Assembly (NCBI RefSeq): GCF_963921235.1
Contig: NC_086097.1
Coordinates: 65,100,001 to 65,164,000, forward strand
Direction: 5' to 3'
DNA length: 64,000 bases
DNA from: Mobula hypostoma
Lineage: Eukaryota
The position numbers were made by a program, and so were the translations under genes. This document shows positions 37,730 to 50,899 of the stretch, piece by piece. The notes below the pieces were generated by a model that searched no databases, was not told where the DNA came from, and was given only the letters and a program-made list of their open reading frames with translations. The number at the start of each line of letters is the position of its first letter. Position 1 is the first letter of the stretch.

Positions 37730-38990
37730 AGCATTTGTCACATGTACTGAAATACAGTGAAAAGCTTTTGTTTGTATACCATCCAGAACAAATCAAGTCA
37801 CGCTTAATTATATCAATGCATTCAAAAGAATACAAAATCTGGTGTTGCAGCTACAGGTAAACATTATAAAGTGCAAGGGTCACAACAAGGCGTTGGTACT
37901 GGTTTATTATTGTCACATGTACCAAGATACAGTGAAAAGCTTGCCTTGCATACTGTTCATTCAGATCATACCACTACAGAATGCAATGAGGCAGAGCAAG
38001 GCAAAACAATAACAATGCAGAATGAAGTGTAAAAGCTACACAGAAAGTGCAATGCAGATAAAAAAGTGCAAGATTATAATGAGGTAGATTGTGAGGTCAA
38101 AAGTCCATTTGATCATGAAAGGTCCATTCAAGAGTCTGATAACAGTGGGATAGAAGCTGCCCTTGGGTATGGTGGTACATGCTTTCAGGCTTTTGTATCT
38201 TCTGCCCAATGGGAGAGGGGAGAAGAGAAAATGCTAAGGGTGGGTGGAGTCTGACTGGGCTGGTTGCTTTCCTGAGGCAACAAGATGTATAGACAGAGTC
38301 CATAGAGGGGTGGCTGATTTACATGATGTGCTGAGCTGTGTCCATAACGCTGCAGTTTCTTGCAAGCACCTGCAAAGCAGTTGCCATGCCAAACAGTATA
38401 CCTTATAAGTAAAAATTGGTAAGGGTCGGTGGGGACATGCCAAAATTCTCTAGCCACCTGAAGAAGTAAAGATGTTGGTGTGCTTTATTGGCCATGAAAT
38501 CAATGTGGTTGGGCCATGATAGTTTAGTAGTGAAGTTCACCCCAAGTAACTTGAATCTCTCAACCTCAACACAATTAATATTAACAAGAGCATATGCACA
38601 CAGCCACCAATTCCTGAAATGAATGACCAGCTCTTTTGTTTTGTCTCCCAGGTAGACTGGAAGATCAACAATTCATCCTTACCTTATGAGAGGTCCAAAT
38701 CAAGAGCTTGACTACAGCATCATAGAAGCATCCAGTGAGTCTGGCTGCACATTCTTTCAATTTTTTGCATCTTCAGCCCAATAAGAAGAGAGAATGAGTA
38801 GAGGTGGGAGCAGTTCTTGTTTATATTGGCTGCATTCCTGAGACAGTAGGAGGTGTATGCAGAGTTAATGGAGCAGAGGTTGCTTTGTATGATGAACTGG
38901 GGTACATCCACAATCCACTGCAATTTCTTGCAGTCTTGTTCAAAGCAGTTACTATATCAAGCTGTGATGCATCTGTAAAAATGGTAAGAA
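37730..38990 (-). mobile_element. Cluster of degenerate Rex1/Babar-like LINE fragments
   Basis: WHGNCFAGACKKLQR, DSVYTSCCLRKA and YTSYCLRNAANINK remnants on the minus strand plus family 3' UTRs. Confidence 0.65.
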
Positions 38991-39859
38991 CTGTGCCACT
39001 AACTTTAATGGATGCAGTCATTACATTTTTTTTCTACTAAGGGCTCTCATCTGCAACGCCTCATTTCCAGCACCGATCTTTTGGCCATTTCCTCCTAGAT
39101 TGGAGGAGAGGGGCAGGGTTGTCCACCTGACATCTGACTGTCAAACTGCCTTTGCAGCCCTTCACCAGGACATCCAGATTGCCATTTTTATAGATATTTG
39201 TTAATCCTATAGAACCTGCAATATTTTAATGACTCCAAGTTTGAAATAATGAATATTCTCCTTTAAGATTGATGTTTCAAGCAACAAGTGGTTAAACCAC
39301 ACTAAAGGGGAATTTGCAATGTTTTGTGTGTTAATATGCGCATATTCCTGCACAAGGAGCGTGACTCTGGGTCCAAAAGGCCCAAGAGCCTGCCCAATTC
39401 CATTTTAGTGGATGATTATAAAGAACTGAAGACTTCCAAAGCCTTTGGCCCTTGGTTCTAGAGTTCATTCTAAGAAACAGATCTGGAATCACGTCAGCTC
39501 AAAATAGGCTGATATTTTAAAATAACCTGAATAATTAAAGCTCATTGTAGTACTACAACAATTATTGTTTCAAGGCTTTTAATGGTTTTAGTCAAAAAAG
39601 GAAGTAATATAGATATTAGCATAGCTCCACAATAAATCTCTCCAAATAATTATTTTAGTAAAGGTGTTCTACTTTTTACGGAAAATACAGCAAGGCTTCC
39701 ACTCAATTAGGAGAGAATGAATGAGCAGATTGAGCAATCAGTCACCCTCCCCGGAAATTTCCACAGGGAATTTTGCGAATCATCCACAGTAACAAATTGA
39801 AAATTGATGTGAATTGTCATATGATCCATTTTTGCAAGATTTTGTCAGTTTATTACTGA

Positions 39860-40888
39860 CAGAGTTTGACACAATCTCCATCTGCACAGATGCATCACAA
39901 AGTTATGTGCTTAGCCCCCTGCTTGTCTTGTTCTATATTAGACTAAGCACAACTCCAACACCATATTCAAATTTGCTGATAACACCACCAGCTGAATCAA
40001 AGGTGATGATGAATCAGCATATAGGAGTGAGATTGGATTGTGGTGCCACAACAACAACCTCTCACTTAATGTTAGCAAGAACAAGAAGCTGATTATTGAC
40101 TTCAGGTGGAGGAAACTGGAAACTTATGAGCCAGTTCTCTTCGAGGGATCAGAGGTGGAGAGGGTCAGCAACTTTAAATTCCCTGGCGTTATCATTTCAG
40201 AGGATCTGTCCTGGGTACAGCATGCAAGTGCCATTACAAAGAAAGCACGGCAGCACTTCAACTTAGTTAGAAGTTTGTGAAGATTCAGCATGTCATCTAA
40301 AATTTTGACGAACTTTTATCGATGTGTGGTGGAGAGTATATTGACTGTATCATGGCCTGGTATGAAAATACCATTGGCCTTGAAAAGAACTACCTACCAA
40401 AAGTAGTGGATATGGCCCAGGCCATTACAGTTAAAGCCCTCCCCAACATCTACATGGAGCACTATCACAGGAAAGCAGTTCCATCTTCAAGGACTCCCAC
40501 CATTCATGCTGTGTTCTTTTCTCACTGCTGCCACCAGGAAGAAGGTACAGGAGCCTCAGGACTCATGCCATCAGGTTCAGCAACAGTTATTACCCCTCAA
40601 CCATCAGGCTCTTAAACCAAAGGGGAGAACTTCACTCAACTTATCACTGAATTGTTCAAACAACCTATGGACTCACTTTTAAGGACTCTTCATCTCATGT
40701 TCTTGATATTTATTGCTTATTTATTATTATTTCTTTTAGTTTCTTTTTGTATTTGCACGGTTTGTTGTCTTTTGCACATTGATTGTTTGTCCTGTTGGAG
40801 GCAGTCTTTCATTGATTCTATTCTGTTTCCTCTACTTACTGTGAATGCCCACAAGAAAATGAATCTCAGGCTTGTATATGGTGACATA
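39860..40888 (+). mobile_element. Rex1/Babar-like LINE whose tail is split by a Tc1 insertion
   Basis: WCHNNNLSLNVSKNKKLIIDFR...VERVSNFKFPGVIISEDLSW; the tail resumes at 42507-42546 (tatgcactttgataataaatttactttgaa). Confidence 0.8.
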
Positions 40889-42506
40889 CAGTACCTATAA
40901 AATGTATTCACCCCCTCCCCCTTGGAAGTTTTCATGTTTTATTGTTTTACAGCATTGAATCACAGTGGATTTAATTTGGCTTTATTGACACTGATCAACA
41001 GGAAAAAAATCTTTCATGTCAGAGTGAAAACAAATTGGTGTAAATTAATTACATTATTAAACACAAAATAATTAATTGCATAATTACTCTCCCCCTTCAA
41101 ATCAGCATTTAGTAGAAGTATCTTTGGCAGCAATTACAGCCTTGACTCTGTGTGGATAGGTCTCTTATCAGGTTTACACATCTCATCTGGACACTCCAAT
41201 ATTTCCCAATTTTTATTTTACAATACTGCTCAAGCCTGTCAGATTGCACGGGGACCATGAGTGAATAGTCATTTTAAAGTCCAGCCACAAATTCTCAATT
41301 GGATTGAGATCTGGACTCTGACTTGGCCACTCCAGGACATTAACTTAGCCGTTTTTCAGCAATTCCTGTGTAGCTTTGGCTTTATTCTTGGGGTCATTGT
41401 CTTGCTGGAAAACAAATCTTTTCCCAAGTTGCAGTTCTCTTGCAGACTGCATCAGGTTTTCCTCCAGGATTTCCCCGTATTTGGCTGCATTCATTTTACC
41501 CTCTACCTTCACAAGCCTTCCAGGGCCTGCTGAGGTGAAGCATCCCCACAGCATGATACAGCCTCTATCATGCTTCAAAGTAGGGATGGTGTGTTTTTGA
41601 TGATATGCAGGCCAAACATAGCATTTAGCCTGATGGCCAAAAAGCTTAATTTTGGTTTAATCAGACCATAGAACCTTCTTCCAGCTGACTTCAGAGTTTC
41701 CCACTGCCTTCTGGCAAACTCTAGCCGAGATTTCATGTGAGTTTTTTTCCCCCCAACAGTGGCTTTCTCTTTGCCACTCTCCCATAAAGCTGCAACTGGT
41801 GAAGCACCCGGGCAACAGTCGTATGTGCAGTCTCTCCTATCTCAGTCACTGAAGCTTGTAACTCCTCCAGATCTGTCATAAGTCTCTTGGTGATTTCCCT
41901 CACTAGTCCCCTTCTTACATGATCACTCAGTTTTTGAGGACTACCTGCTTAGGCAGATTTACAGCTGTGCCATATTCTTTCCATTTCTTGATGATTGACT
42001 TAACTGTATCACAAGGAATATTCAGTGACTTGGAAATTTTCTTGTATCCATCTCCTGACTTGTGCTTTTCAATAACCTTTTTGCGGAGTTGCTTGGAGTG
42101 TTCTTTTGTCTTCATGGTATAGTTTTTGCCAGGCTACTGACTCACCTGGGCCTTCCAGATACAGGGGTATTTTACTACAATCAATTCAAACACCTTGACT
42201 GCACACAGGTGATCTCCATTTAACTAATTATGTGACTTCTAAAACCAATTGGCTGCACCAGTGATGATTTGGTGTGTCATATTAAAGAGGGTGATACTTA
42301 CGCAATCAATTATTTTGTGTTTTATATTTGTAATTAATTTAGTTCACTTTGTAGAGATCTGTTTTCACTTTGACATGGAAGGGTTTTTTTAATGTTGATC
42401 AGTGTCAAAAAAGCCAAATTAAATCCACTATGATTCAATGTTGTAAAACGATAAAACATGAAAATTACTGGGGGGGGGGGGATTTGAATACTTTTTATAG
42501 GCACTG
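40889..42506 (-). mobile_element. Full-length Tc1/mariner (DD34E-type) transposon with a decayed transposase
   Basis: TA at 40887-88 and 42507-08; ~200-bp TIRs (cagtacctataaaa.../...tttttataggcactg); minus-strand transposase from ATG at 42115 (MKTKEHSKQLRKKVIEKHKSGDGYKKISK), VLWSD*TK, FQQDNDPK, SPDLNPIE, with stops and frameshifts. Confidence 0.92.
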
Positions 42507-43849
42507 TATATGCACTTTGATAATAAATTTACTTTGAAATTTGAACATAGAGAAAAGGCAGGAAAACATTTGACAACAACTTTAGCTGTAGCTTTAAATT
42601 CGAGTCTGATGTTTTTTGTTCTTCCCATACCTAGTGGAAGGCAGGCTGCATGCAGATGATTGAGGTTCAGATTTATTTATCACATGCACATCAAAACATA
42701 CAGTGAAATGCATCATTTACATTAACCAACACACAGAAGAATGTGCTGATATACACTTTATCTGCAATAATCTGAGTTTGTCAGTAGTTTTAATTGAAAT
42801 GATTGCCATAACCCCAATGTGGCCCAAAACATTTAATCCTGTCAAGGCTTTGCACTTATGCAGGTGGTATTACAGCTGCAGCAGCAAGCTCAGATACGTG
42901 CAGCAACAGGAATGGTCATTGCCTACAGTTACTTCTGGCAGCCATCCACAAACAACAGCCAGAAGGCTCCAGCCTGAAGACAGACAAGAAAAACGTAGAA
43001 TTTCGGAATCCCCATTCAGTTTCCACCTAATCAGCTTAGATGCTGAAGCGCTGAACTGAAACTGGGCTAGAAACAAAACCTGCCAAAGTGGCCCAAAGTT
43101 TGCAGTCAGTGGTTAAGCAATGGTGCTCATCAGAGAAAAAAAGATCTCTGCAGATTAACCAATCACACAAGAAATTCTCACAATCAGCTCACTGGAAGCA
43201 AGGACTACTATTTTTCTCCCTCTGCTAAATAAAAACTGAAGTATAAACATAGAGATCATAAATAAATTGTTCAAAAATAGTTTTGTTTTAAAACGTCTTT
43301 GCCTAGAATTTGGATCATGTACAGTTCTGATGAAGTATTAATTGCTTCTCTATCTACAAATGCTGCCTGACCTGCCAAATGTTTCCAGCATTTCTATTTA
43401 TATATTAGGGAAGTGATTGATGTTCTGTACTCCAGTTTTCCTTAAGCAGGCACAATGAAACTGAGTGGTTATGCAAAGAACAATGCCAAATTAAATTTTG
43501 TACTAAATACTACCTAATCATCTTGGTAATTTCCCTTTGAATGCTTTCCAACTGGACTTCTTGGAGCTAGTATGGAACACCATGTCATTTTGTGGTTTTG
43601 CCAGCCTGGGGAAGGTCTCCTTCTTTTCACCTGGGTGAACTGCAGATGCCAATGATGGGACATCATGATGAACTCTTGTCCTGGAAGAGCTGGCTGGTAA
43701 CTCAAGAAAGAGATTGTCTCCTGAGTTACAGGCAAGGGTATTGTCCAAGAATCAGTGCCAGGAAGAGAAATGGTGCCCTCCTGAGGGAAGGCAGCAGTTC
43801 CGTGCTCCACACTGAAACTGGAACCTATGGGATGGGACAGATGACAGGC

Positions 43850-44680
43850 TGCTGTGTTTGCTACGTGCAACCTACACCCTCACCACCATCTAGGGATCCA
43901 AACAGCCCTTCTAGGTCAGACAAAGGCTTACATGCACCACCTTTGGTGCTCTCAATGTGGCCTCTGCTACTTCAGTGACGCTAGGTTACTGTTTTGCTGA
44001 GCGCCAACGTTCTGTTCACAATGCTTATCCAGGCTTCCAGGCTGCATGCCATTTTGACTTCCCTTCCTATTCCCACATTGACTTGTTTATCTCCAACCTT
44101 CTCAACTGCCAGGATGAGGCTCAACATAAATTAAAAGAACAACAGCTTTCTTCTGCTTAAGGACTACAACCTGATGGAACATTAAATTTCTGTGATCTCT
44201 GTGCCCCTTCTGGTTTCTCACTCCACCTTTCCTTTCACCCAGTTTCATTCTTCCCCCCCAGTTGGTTCTATCTGTCCCTCTTCCATTCCTCATCAGGTTC
44301 CACACATCAATTCCTTTACCTATCAGATCGTCACATTTGCAGTCTCTTGTTTCCACTCAATATCTTCCAGCACCTATCCCTGCTGTCACCTTCTCCTCCC
44401 ACCATCTTGCTCCATCTACCCCATCTTCTCTTTCCCTACCTACCAGCCACCGTCTCCTGACCCCAGCTGCCCTCATTTTCCTACCCCACCTGACTTCATC
44501 ATCTCCCCACTCATCTGGTTCCACCTATTGCCTGCCAGACCCTGCCACCCCTCTCTATTCTGCCACTCTTTTCTGTAAACTCTATTATGATGCCGGGTCT
44601 CAACCCGAAATGTTGACCATCTCCATGACTCCACAGATGCTGCCTGACCCACTGAGTTTCTCTGGCAGTTTATTTAATAC
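43850..44680 (+). mobile_element. Degenerate Penelope-like element (GIY-YIG C-terminus, pyrimidine-rich 3' region, pLTR)
   Basis: LGYCFAERQRSVH...ACHFDFPSYSHID...CQDEAQHKLKEQQL resembles the PLE endonuclease C-terminus; ends in a decayed hammerhead-like atgatgccgggtctcaacccgaaatgttgac (~44587-44617) then gatgctgcctgaccc. Confidence 0.7.
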
Positions 44681-45114
44681 TGTGATCCAGACTGGACAGC
44701 AAGTATTAAAGTCTCCTAATCCATGCCAATACAAATTATCTGGGCCTACAAGGCAGCAAGCTGTCATTTGCTGCCAGCACCATGCTCCTGTTCATCAGTT
44801 TTCTGTGCTTGCAGAACAGCTATCAGAAATTTCAAAGCTCTCCTTATTTCAAACAAGTGCCAAAATTCTCCTGAAGACAGCAAAAAAAAGGCTCTGCCAG
44901 AGTAGTAGATGATGTTGGCTCACCTCCAACTATGTCTCCAGGGAAACAGAAATCTGCCTGTGTGGCCACTGTCAGGCCCAAGTATTACTAATGGGCAGCA
45001 CAGAGATGCATGGCAATCCCAGAGCTTTGCAGACCAATACTTCTGAAATCTTTGAAGCCTCCTGCATTTTGCAAGCAGGCCGGTGTGGTAAACATCCTAT
45101 ATGTATATTTTATT

Positions 45115-45340
45115 TACAGATACAGCATGGTAACAAGCCCTTCCTTGCCAACAAGACTGTGCTGCCAAGTTACACCCATGTGACCAATTAACCTACTAAC
45201 CCATATGTCCTTGGAATGTGAGAAGAAACTAGAGCACCCGAAGGAAACACATGCAGTCACAGGGAGGGCATACAAACTCCTTATGGACAGTGGTGAATTG
45301 AACCTGGGTCTCTGGCACTGTAACAGCATTACTCTGACTG
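45115..45340 (-). mobile_element. HE1-like V-SINE
   Basis: Minus strand reads B-box-like ggttcaattc, then V-domain-like ggagtttgtatgccctccctgtgactgcatgtgtttccttcgggtgctctagtttcttctcaca, then a CR1-like 3' end. Confidence 0.7.
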
Positions 45341-46439
45341 ATTTTGATAAGGTATGTGTTGTCCCTTTGCTGTGACAGGGGTGGGGGTGGGGCAGAGGGA
45401 AGATACAAATGGTCAAGGTCCAGGCATACAAGAGAGATTCAAGCATCCTCAAATGCAACAGGTGCTGTGGACCTAAAGCATCAATGTCCCTCTGGAGGAG
45501 AGCACTTTCCTCCAGTATGCTGATCTTCTGGTATAGAAGGATCCACATTCACGTAGAAGTCAAACGGAGAATGAATTTTACATTACTAAAGCGGTTTATG
45601 TGTATCTCCAAAGTGTTTGTGGTTGTGCATTAACCATGATGTGTCTTGTAAGGGCAAAGAGTCATAATCATACAGTACCGAAGTAGGCCAGTCAGCCCAG
45701 TACATCTGTGCAACTATCAAGTATTTATTAACACTAATTACATTTACCAGCACTTGTTCTGTAGCCTTCATTGATGATGTAAGTGCTCATCCAGATTATT
45801 AAATGTTGCAAGTTTACCTGCCTCCACTACCCCATCAGTAAATGCATTCCAGATTCAAACCATCTTCTGAGTGAAAAAGTTCTTCTAATTTTGTAGCTTG
45901 GGAAAATACACATGCAGGACAACAAATACTTTATCAGGTCTTAAATTCTTTTACCTGTTTTAGATGTTTTAATGCAGAAAGAGGGTATCAAAATAAAAGC
46001 AACAAAATGAATTGAAAAAAAAATTTTCAGCTGTTACAATCTCAGCTCAACTTCAGTCCACACACTCGTGTATCTCAGTATGAAAATAAATTAAACAAAA
46101 TATACAAAACCTATACAGTAGTGGCAATTTTTGGCACGTACATGTCTAACTTCCAAACACCTATAGGCTAGAGCCTGAAATAAATTCTCTTCACCCACGC
46201 TACTAGGCCAATAAGGAACTTCGCACAATCGCGCTATCCAGCACTGATACCTTACTCGCGAAAATCTGGGGGAAAGTATCTCTCAGCACTCGGCATTCAT
46301 TCTCAAACATTGAAACTCTTCTTTCTACTCTGCACATGCTTAATGAGGTCACCATTTTCTCTTAAAGGCACAGGCAGCTATTTTACCATTACCAGGGTGA
46401 ATACACAAGTGCACTTTAACACTAAAAATAATTTTCAAC

Positions 46440-47085
46440 GGTCACCTGGCTACATTTAGATCCTCCCCAAGCCAAAAGGCCCTTACTCTAAACCTATGAC
46501 CTCTGATTTTAGATACCTCTAGCATGTAGAAGAGATTTCTACCATCTGCTCTATCACTGCACCTTCTCCTCCAGTCTAAGGAAAGCAAATTCAACTGAGC
46601 TAACTTCTCCTCATAAGTGAAATACCAAACATCTTGATAAATCTCCACAGCACTCTCCCCAGTGCAGTCAGCTCATTCCTGTAGTGTGGCAATGAGAAAC
46701 ATAAACAACACTCCATCTGTACCATAACCTCCCTGTTCCTATATCTGTGCCCTGGCTAATAAAGACAAGTTACCCCTAATTCATCTCTTTTGCTGCTATC
46801 TTCAGGGATTCTTGCACGTACATAAAGGTGCCTCTGTTCCTCAATACTCCCCTTGCCTGCCATCTGTTAGACATAGGAGCAGAATTAGACCACTGAGCTC
46901 CTCGAGTTTGCTCCACTATTTAATCATGGCTGATTGACCTTCCCTCTCTGTCCCATTCTGGTGCCTTCTCCCTGTAACCTTTGACACCCTTATGAATCAA
47001 CAACTTACCACCCTCCACTTTAAATATATCCAATGACTTGTCCTCCAAAGCTATCTGTGGCAATGAATTCCACACAGATTCACCA
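46440..47085 (-). mobile_element. Old CR1 fragments; the 3'-end copy from ~46870 hosts the young CR1
   Basis: YEEKLAQLNLLSL...RGHRFRVR remnant; host sequence cacagattcaccattct resumes as ctggctaaagaaattcctcct at 48580. Confidence 0.65.
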
Positions 47086-48575
47086 TTCTGGACTAGTTCC
47101 TGAGGATTGGAGGGTGGCTAATGTAACCCCACTTTTTAAAAAAGGAGGGAGAGAGAAACCGGGGAATTATAGACCAGTTAGCCTAACGTCGGTGGTGGGG
47201 AAACTGCTGGAGTCAGTTATCAAGGATGTGATAACAGCACATTTGGAAAGCAGTGAAATGATCGGACAAAGTCAGCATGGATTTGTGAAAGGAAAAACAT
47301 GTCTGACGAATCTCATAGAATTTTTTGAGGATGTAACTAGTAGAGTGGATAGGGGAGAACCAGTGGATGTGGTATATTTGGATTTTCAAAAGGCTTTTGA
47401 CAAGGTCCCACACAGGAGATTAGTGTGCAAACTTAAAGCACACGGTATTGGGGGTAAGGTATTGGTGTGGGTGGAGAATTGGTTAGCAGACAGGAAGCAA
47501 AGAGTGGGAATAAACGGGTCCTTTTCAGAATGGCAGGCGGTGACTAGTGGGGTACCACAAGGCTCAGTGCTGGGACCCCAGTTGTTTACAATATATATTA
47601 ATGACTTGGATGAGGGAATTAAATGCAGCATTTCCAAGTTTGCGGATGACACGAAGCTGGGTGGCAGTGTTAGCAGTGAGGAGGATGCTAAGAGGATGCA
47701 GGGTGACTTGGATAGGTTGGATGAGTGGGCAAATTCATGGCAGATGCAATTTAATGTGGATAAATGTGAAGTTATCCACTTTGGTGGCAAAAATAGGAAA
47801 ACAGATTATTATCTGAATGGTGGCCGATTAGGAAAAGGGGAGGTGCAACGAGACCTGGGTGTCATTATACACCAGTCATTGAAAGTGGGCATGCAGGTAC
47901 AGCAGGCGGTGAAAAAGGCGAATGGTATGCTGGCATTTATAGCGAGAGGATTCGAGTACAGGAGCAGGGAGGTACTACTGCAGTTGTACAAGGCCTTGGT
48001 GAGACCACACCTGGAGTATTGTGTGCAGTTTTGGTCCCCTAATCTGAGGAAAGACATCTTTGCCATAGAGGGAGTACAAAGAAGGTTCACCAGATTGATT
48101 CCTGGGATGGCAGGACTTTCATATGAAGAAAGACTGGATGAATTGGGCTTGTACTCGTTGGAATTTAGAAGATTGAGGGGGGATCTGATTGAAACGTATA
48201 AGATCCTAAAGGGATTGGACAGGCTAGATGCAGGAAGATTGTTCCCGATGTTGGGGAAGTCCAGAACGAGGGGTCACAGTTTGAGGATAGAGGGGAAGCC
48301 TTTTAGGACCGAGATTAGGAAAAACTTCTTCACACAGAGAGTGGTGAATCTGTGGAATTCTCTGCCACAGGAAACTGTTGAGGCCAGTTCATTGGCTATA
48401 TTTAAGAGGGAGTTAGATATGGCCCTTGTGGCTACGGGGGTCAGGGGGTATGGAGGGAAGGCTGGGGCGGGGTTCTGAGTTGGATGATCAGCCATGATCA
48501 TAATAAATGGCAGTGCAGGCTCGAAGGGCCGAATGGCCTACTCCTGCACCTATTTTCTATGTTTCTATGTTTCTA
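47085..48575 (+). mobile_element. Young 5'-truncated CR1 LINE with an uninterrupted RT ORF
   Basis: PEDWRVANVTPLFKKG, NYRPVSLTS, YLDFQKAFDKVPH, GVPQGSVLGP, SKFADDTKL through to the stop at 48478; 3' UTR and (TTTCTATG)n tail; ATTCT at both junctions. Confidence 0.95.
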
Positions 48576-49044
48576 TTCTCTGGCTAAAGAAATTCCTCCT
48601 TATCAAAAGCTTTAGTGAGGTTCATTTGTCATTTGCATTACCCACATCAAAATAGTGCCAGTTAAGGGCTGGTACCCTTCCATAAGTAGTACTGAAAGAT
48701 GCCAAGAGGCGCATTAAATTCAAGGAGCAAGTGCTTGGACCCATGCAGATAGCCATTTAAGGAAGAGCTAGGCAGGGCAAATATGGCTCCATGCTTTCAC
48801 CATGTATTCAAGGATGAACAACAATTATTTCACCATCATTACCATGGCCATTATCTTTCAGCCCTGTCAGTGAACTTATTGGAAAGTGAGGCAAGAAGAC
48901 CACTGCCATAAACACCTCTGTACTGTTACTCTGTAGTCTCAGTTCAACAGCTGGCCTTTGCTGATGTTTGTTGCAGTGGATTTACCCTGCTACTCTTGTT
49001 CTTTGTAAGTCCTAGGAGAGCTCTAAAGGGTCAGAGACTCAGAT

Positions 49045-49645
49045 ATGATTATGATTATGAAGACACGCAGTCCTCTTTTATTGTCATTTAGTAATGCATG
49101 CATTAAGAAATGATACATTATTTCCTCCGGTGTGATATCACAAAACACAGGACAGACCAAGACTGAAAAAACTGACAAAACCACATAATTATAACATATA
49201 GTTACAACAGTGCAACAATACCATAACTTGACGAAGAAGTCCGTGAGCACAGTAAAGTTCAAAGTTTCTCAAATGTCCCACATCTCACGCAGACGGGAGA
49301 AGGAAGAAAAACTCTCCCTGCCATGCCGACCACAATCCAACTCTGAGTCATCTGAAGACTTCAAGCTCTGATCAGCTCTCCGACATTGAGTACTGAGCGC
49401 CATCTCTGTCCGAACAATTCGACCTCCTTCTCGGTCACCAAAAGCAGGCAAGGCTGGGGATTTTGAGGCCTACCCTCCGAAAGATTCCCGATCACACCGT
49501 AACAACAGCAGCAAACGGGCGTTTCAGAAATTTGTCCAGATGTTCCTCTGTGCTTTCATGTCCATTCTCCATCAAATCAGAATTGTCCACGGCCCCTATT
49601 TAACAGATATGATATCATTTTTCACTGGAGGGCTGCGCACACGCA
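49045..49645 (-). mobile_element. LINE 3' UTR / SINE with (ATAATC)n tail
   Basis: gattatgattatg tail and minus-strand AATAAA near 49077-82; CpG-rich relative to the flanks, which suggests a young copy; family not assigned. Confidence 0.55.
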
Positions 49646-50899
49646 GGTGTGCCGCCACCTTCTCACTGGGATGTGCATATTTGTTCCTAGTAGCTAAAAG
49701 TTTTCTAGAACATCCAACTAAAATATGAATGACAAGTCCCAATGGTCTTTCTGGTTAAGCAGTTGAACAGTGCGGATATGCAGACTCCATGCAGACTATG
49801 TTAACCATTGTGAAGTGTTGTGCAGCAGTTTAAGTGCCTCAGGCACAGGAGAGCAAAAGTCAAAAGTTTCTTTATCTTCCTGCAATTATTTTGTTTAAAT
49901 ATGAATATCTGAGAAAATGCACAGTTGACGTACAATAAGAAGCACGACCTTGCACAGCTGTGCTCCAGCCAATATATTTCATTACAGACAGTACTTAAGG
50001 ATTTACCTGACAATATGAAAAACTGCCCCTATATGAATGTCACCACAAATAAAAACCTGGAGGAGTGTAATCTACTCTAATCATAATCTATCAACAGAGC
50101 AATGCAAACCATGGTTAGCTCTGCAATTAAGCCATATAAGCTCATGTATATACTGGTCACTGGTGCTCAGTTTGAATTTTGGGGGGAATACTTCACTCTT
50201 CCAGCCTTCTTCCAAATTTGGACTAAAGAGATGAATTCCAGAGTCAACTTCAACCATGTAGATGTACCGGCCAAGAAAGTACACCAGCTCCTCTACTTCC
50301 TCCGAAGTCGTGTATGTGTGACAATAATAAGCCAATTACTGATTACTTTCCAGTCTTCAAGATTATCTCGAATAAGAATGAACTATCATGCTCTAGCAAA
50401 ATATTTCTATTCCTCTCTCCACAGATGCTGCCAGAATTACTAAATATTTCCAGCATTTTCTATTTTACTTTATAAGAACCACACGAACTTTAATTTACTT
50501 CTGAATAAATTACAAAACTGAACAAGTCCCATTTGACTGGGTTTGGCCCATACCTCTCCAGATCTTTTAACACATCAAGGAGAGAGCAAGTGGTACTTTT
50601 GTCGTAAACACATGATGACATTATTTTGCTGTATGTCCACAGTAAGTATCATAAATAAATATACAACAGTCTATATGGATACAGAAACAAGAGATGCAAC
50701 AGATAGCCAGAACGCAGGCCCTGGAAATCTGAAACCCATGAAAATACTGGAAGTTATCAGCATCACCAAGGAGGAAACCAGAGCTAACAACTTATGCTGA
50801 GGACCATTCATCAGAACTGTGGAAGTGAATAATTGTTTCTCACGCTGTCAGCAACAGTACAAAAGTGATCTTCTAGGCCTTTATTGGGCACACAGTTCT

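Noticed and set aside
44192-44912. 216-aa and 128-aa Pro/Ser-rich ORFs
   Set aside because: Low-complexity pyrimidine-rich 3' region of the Penelope remnant; stop-poor by composition.
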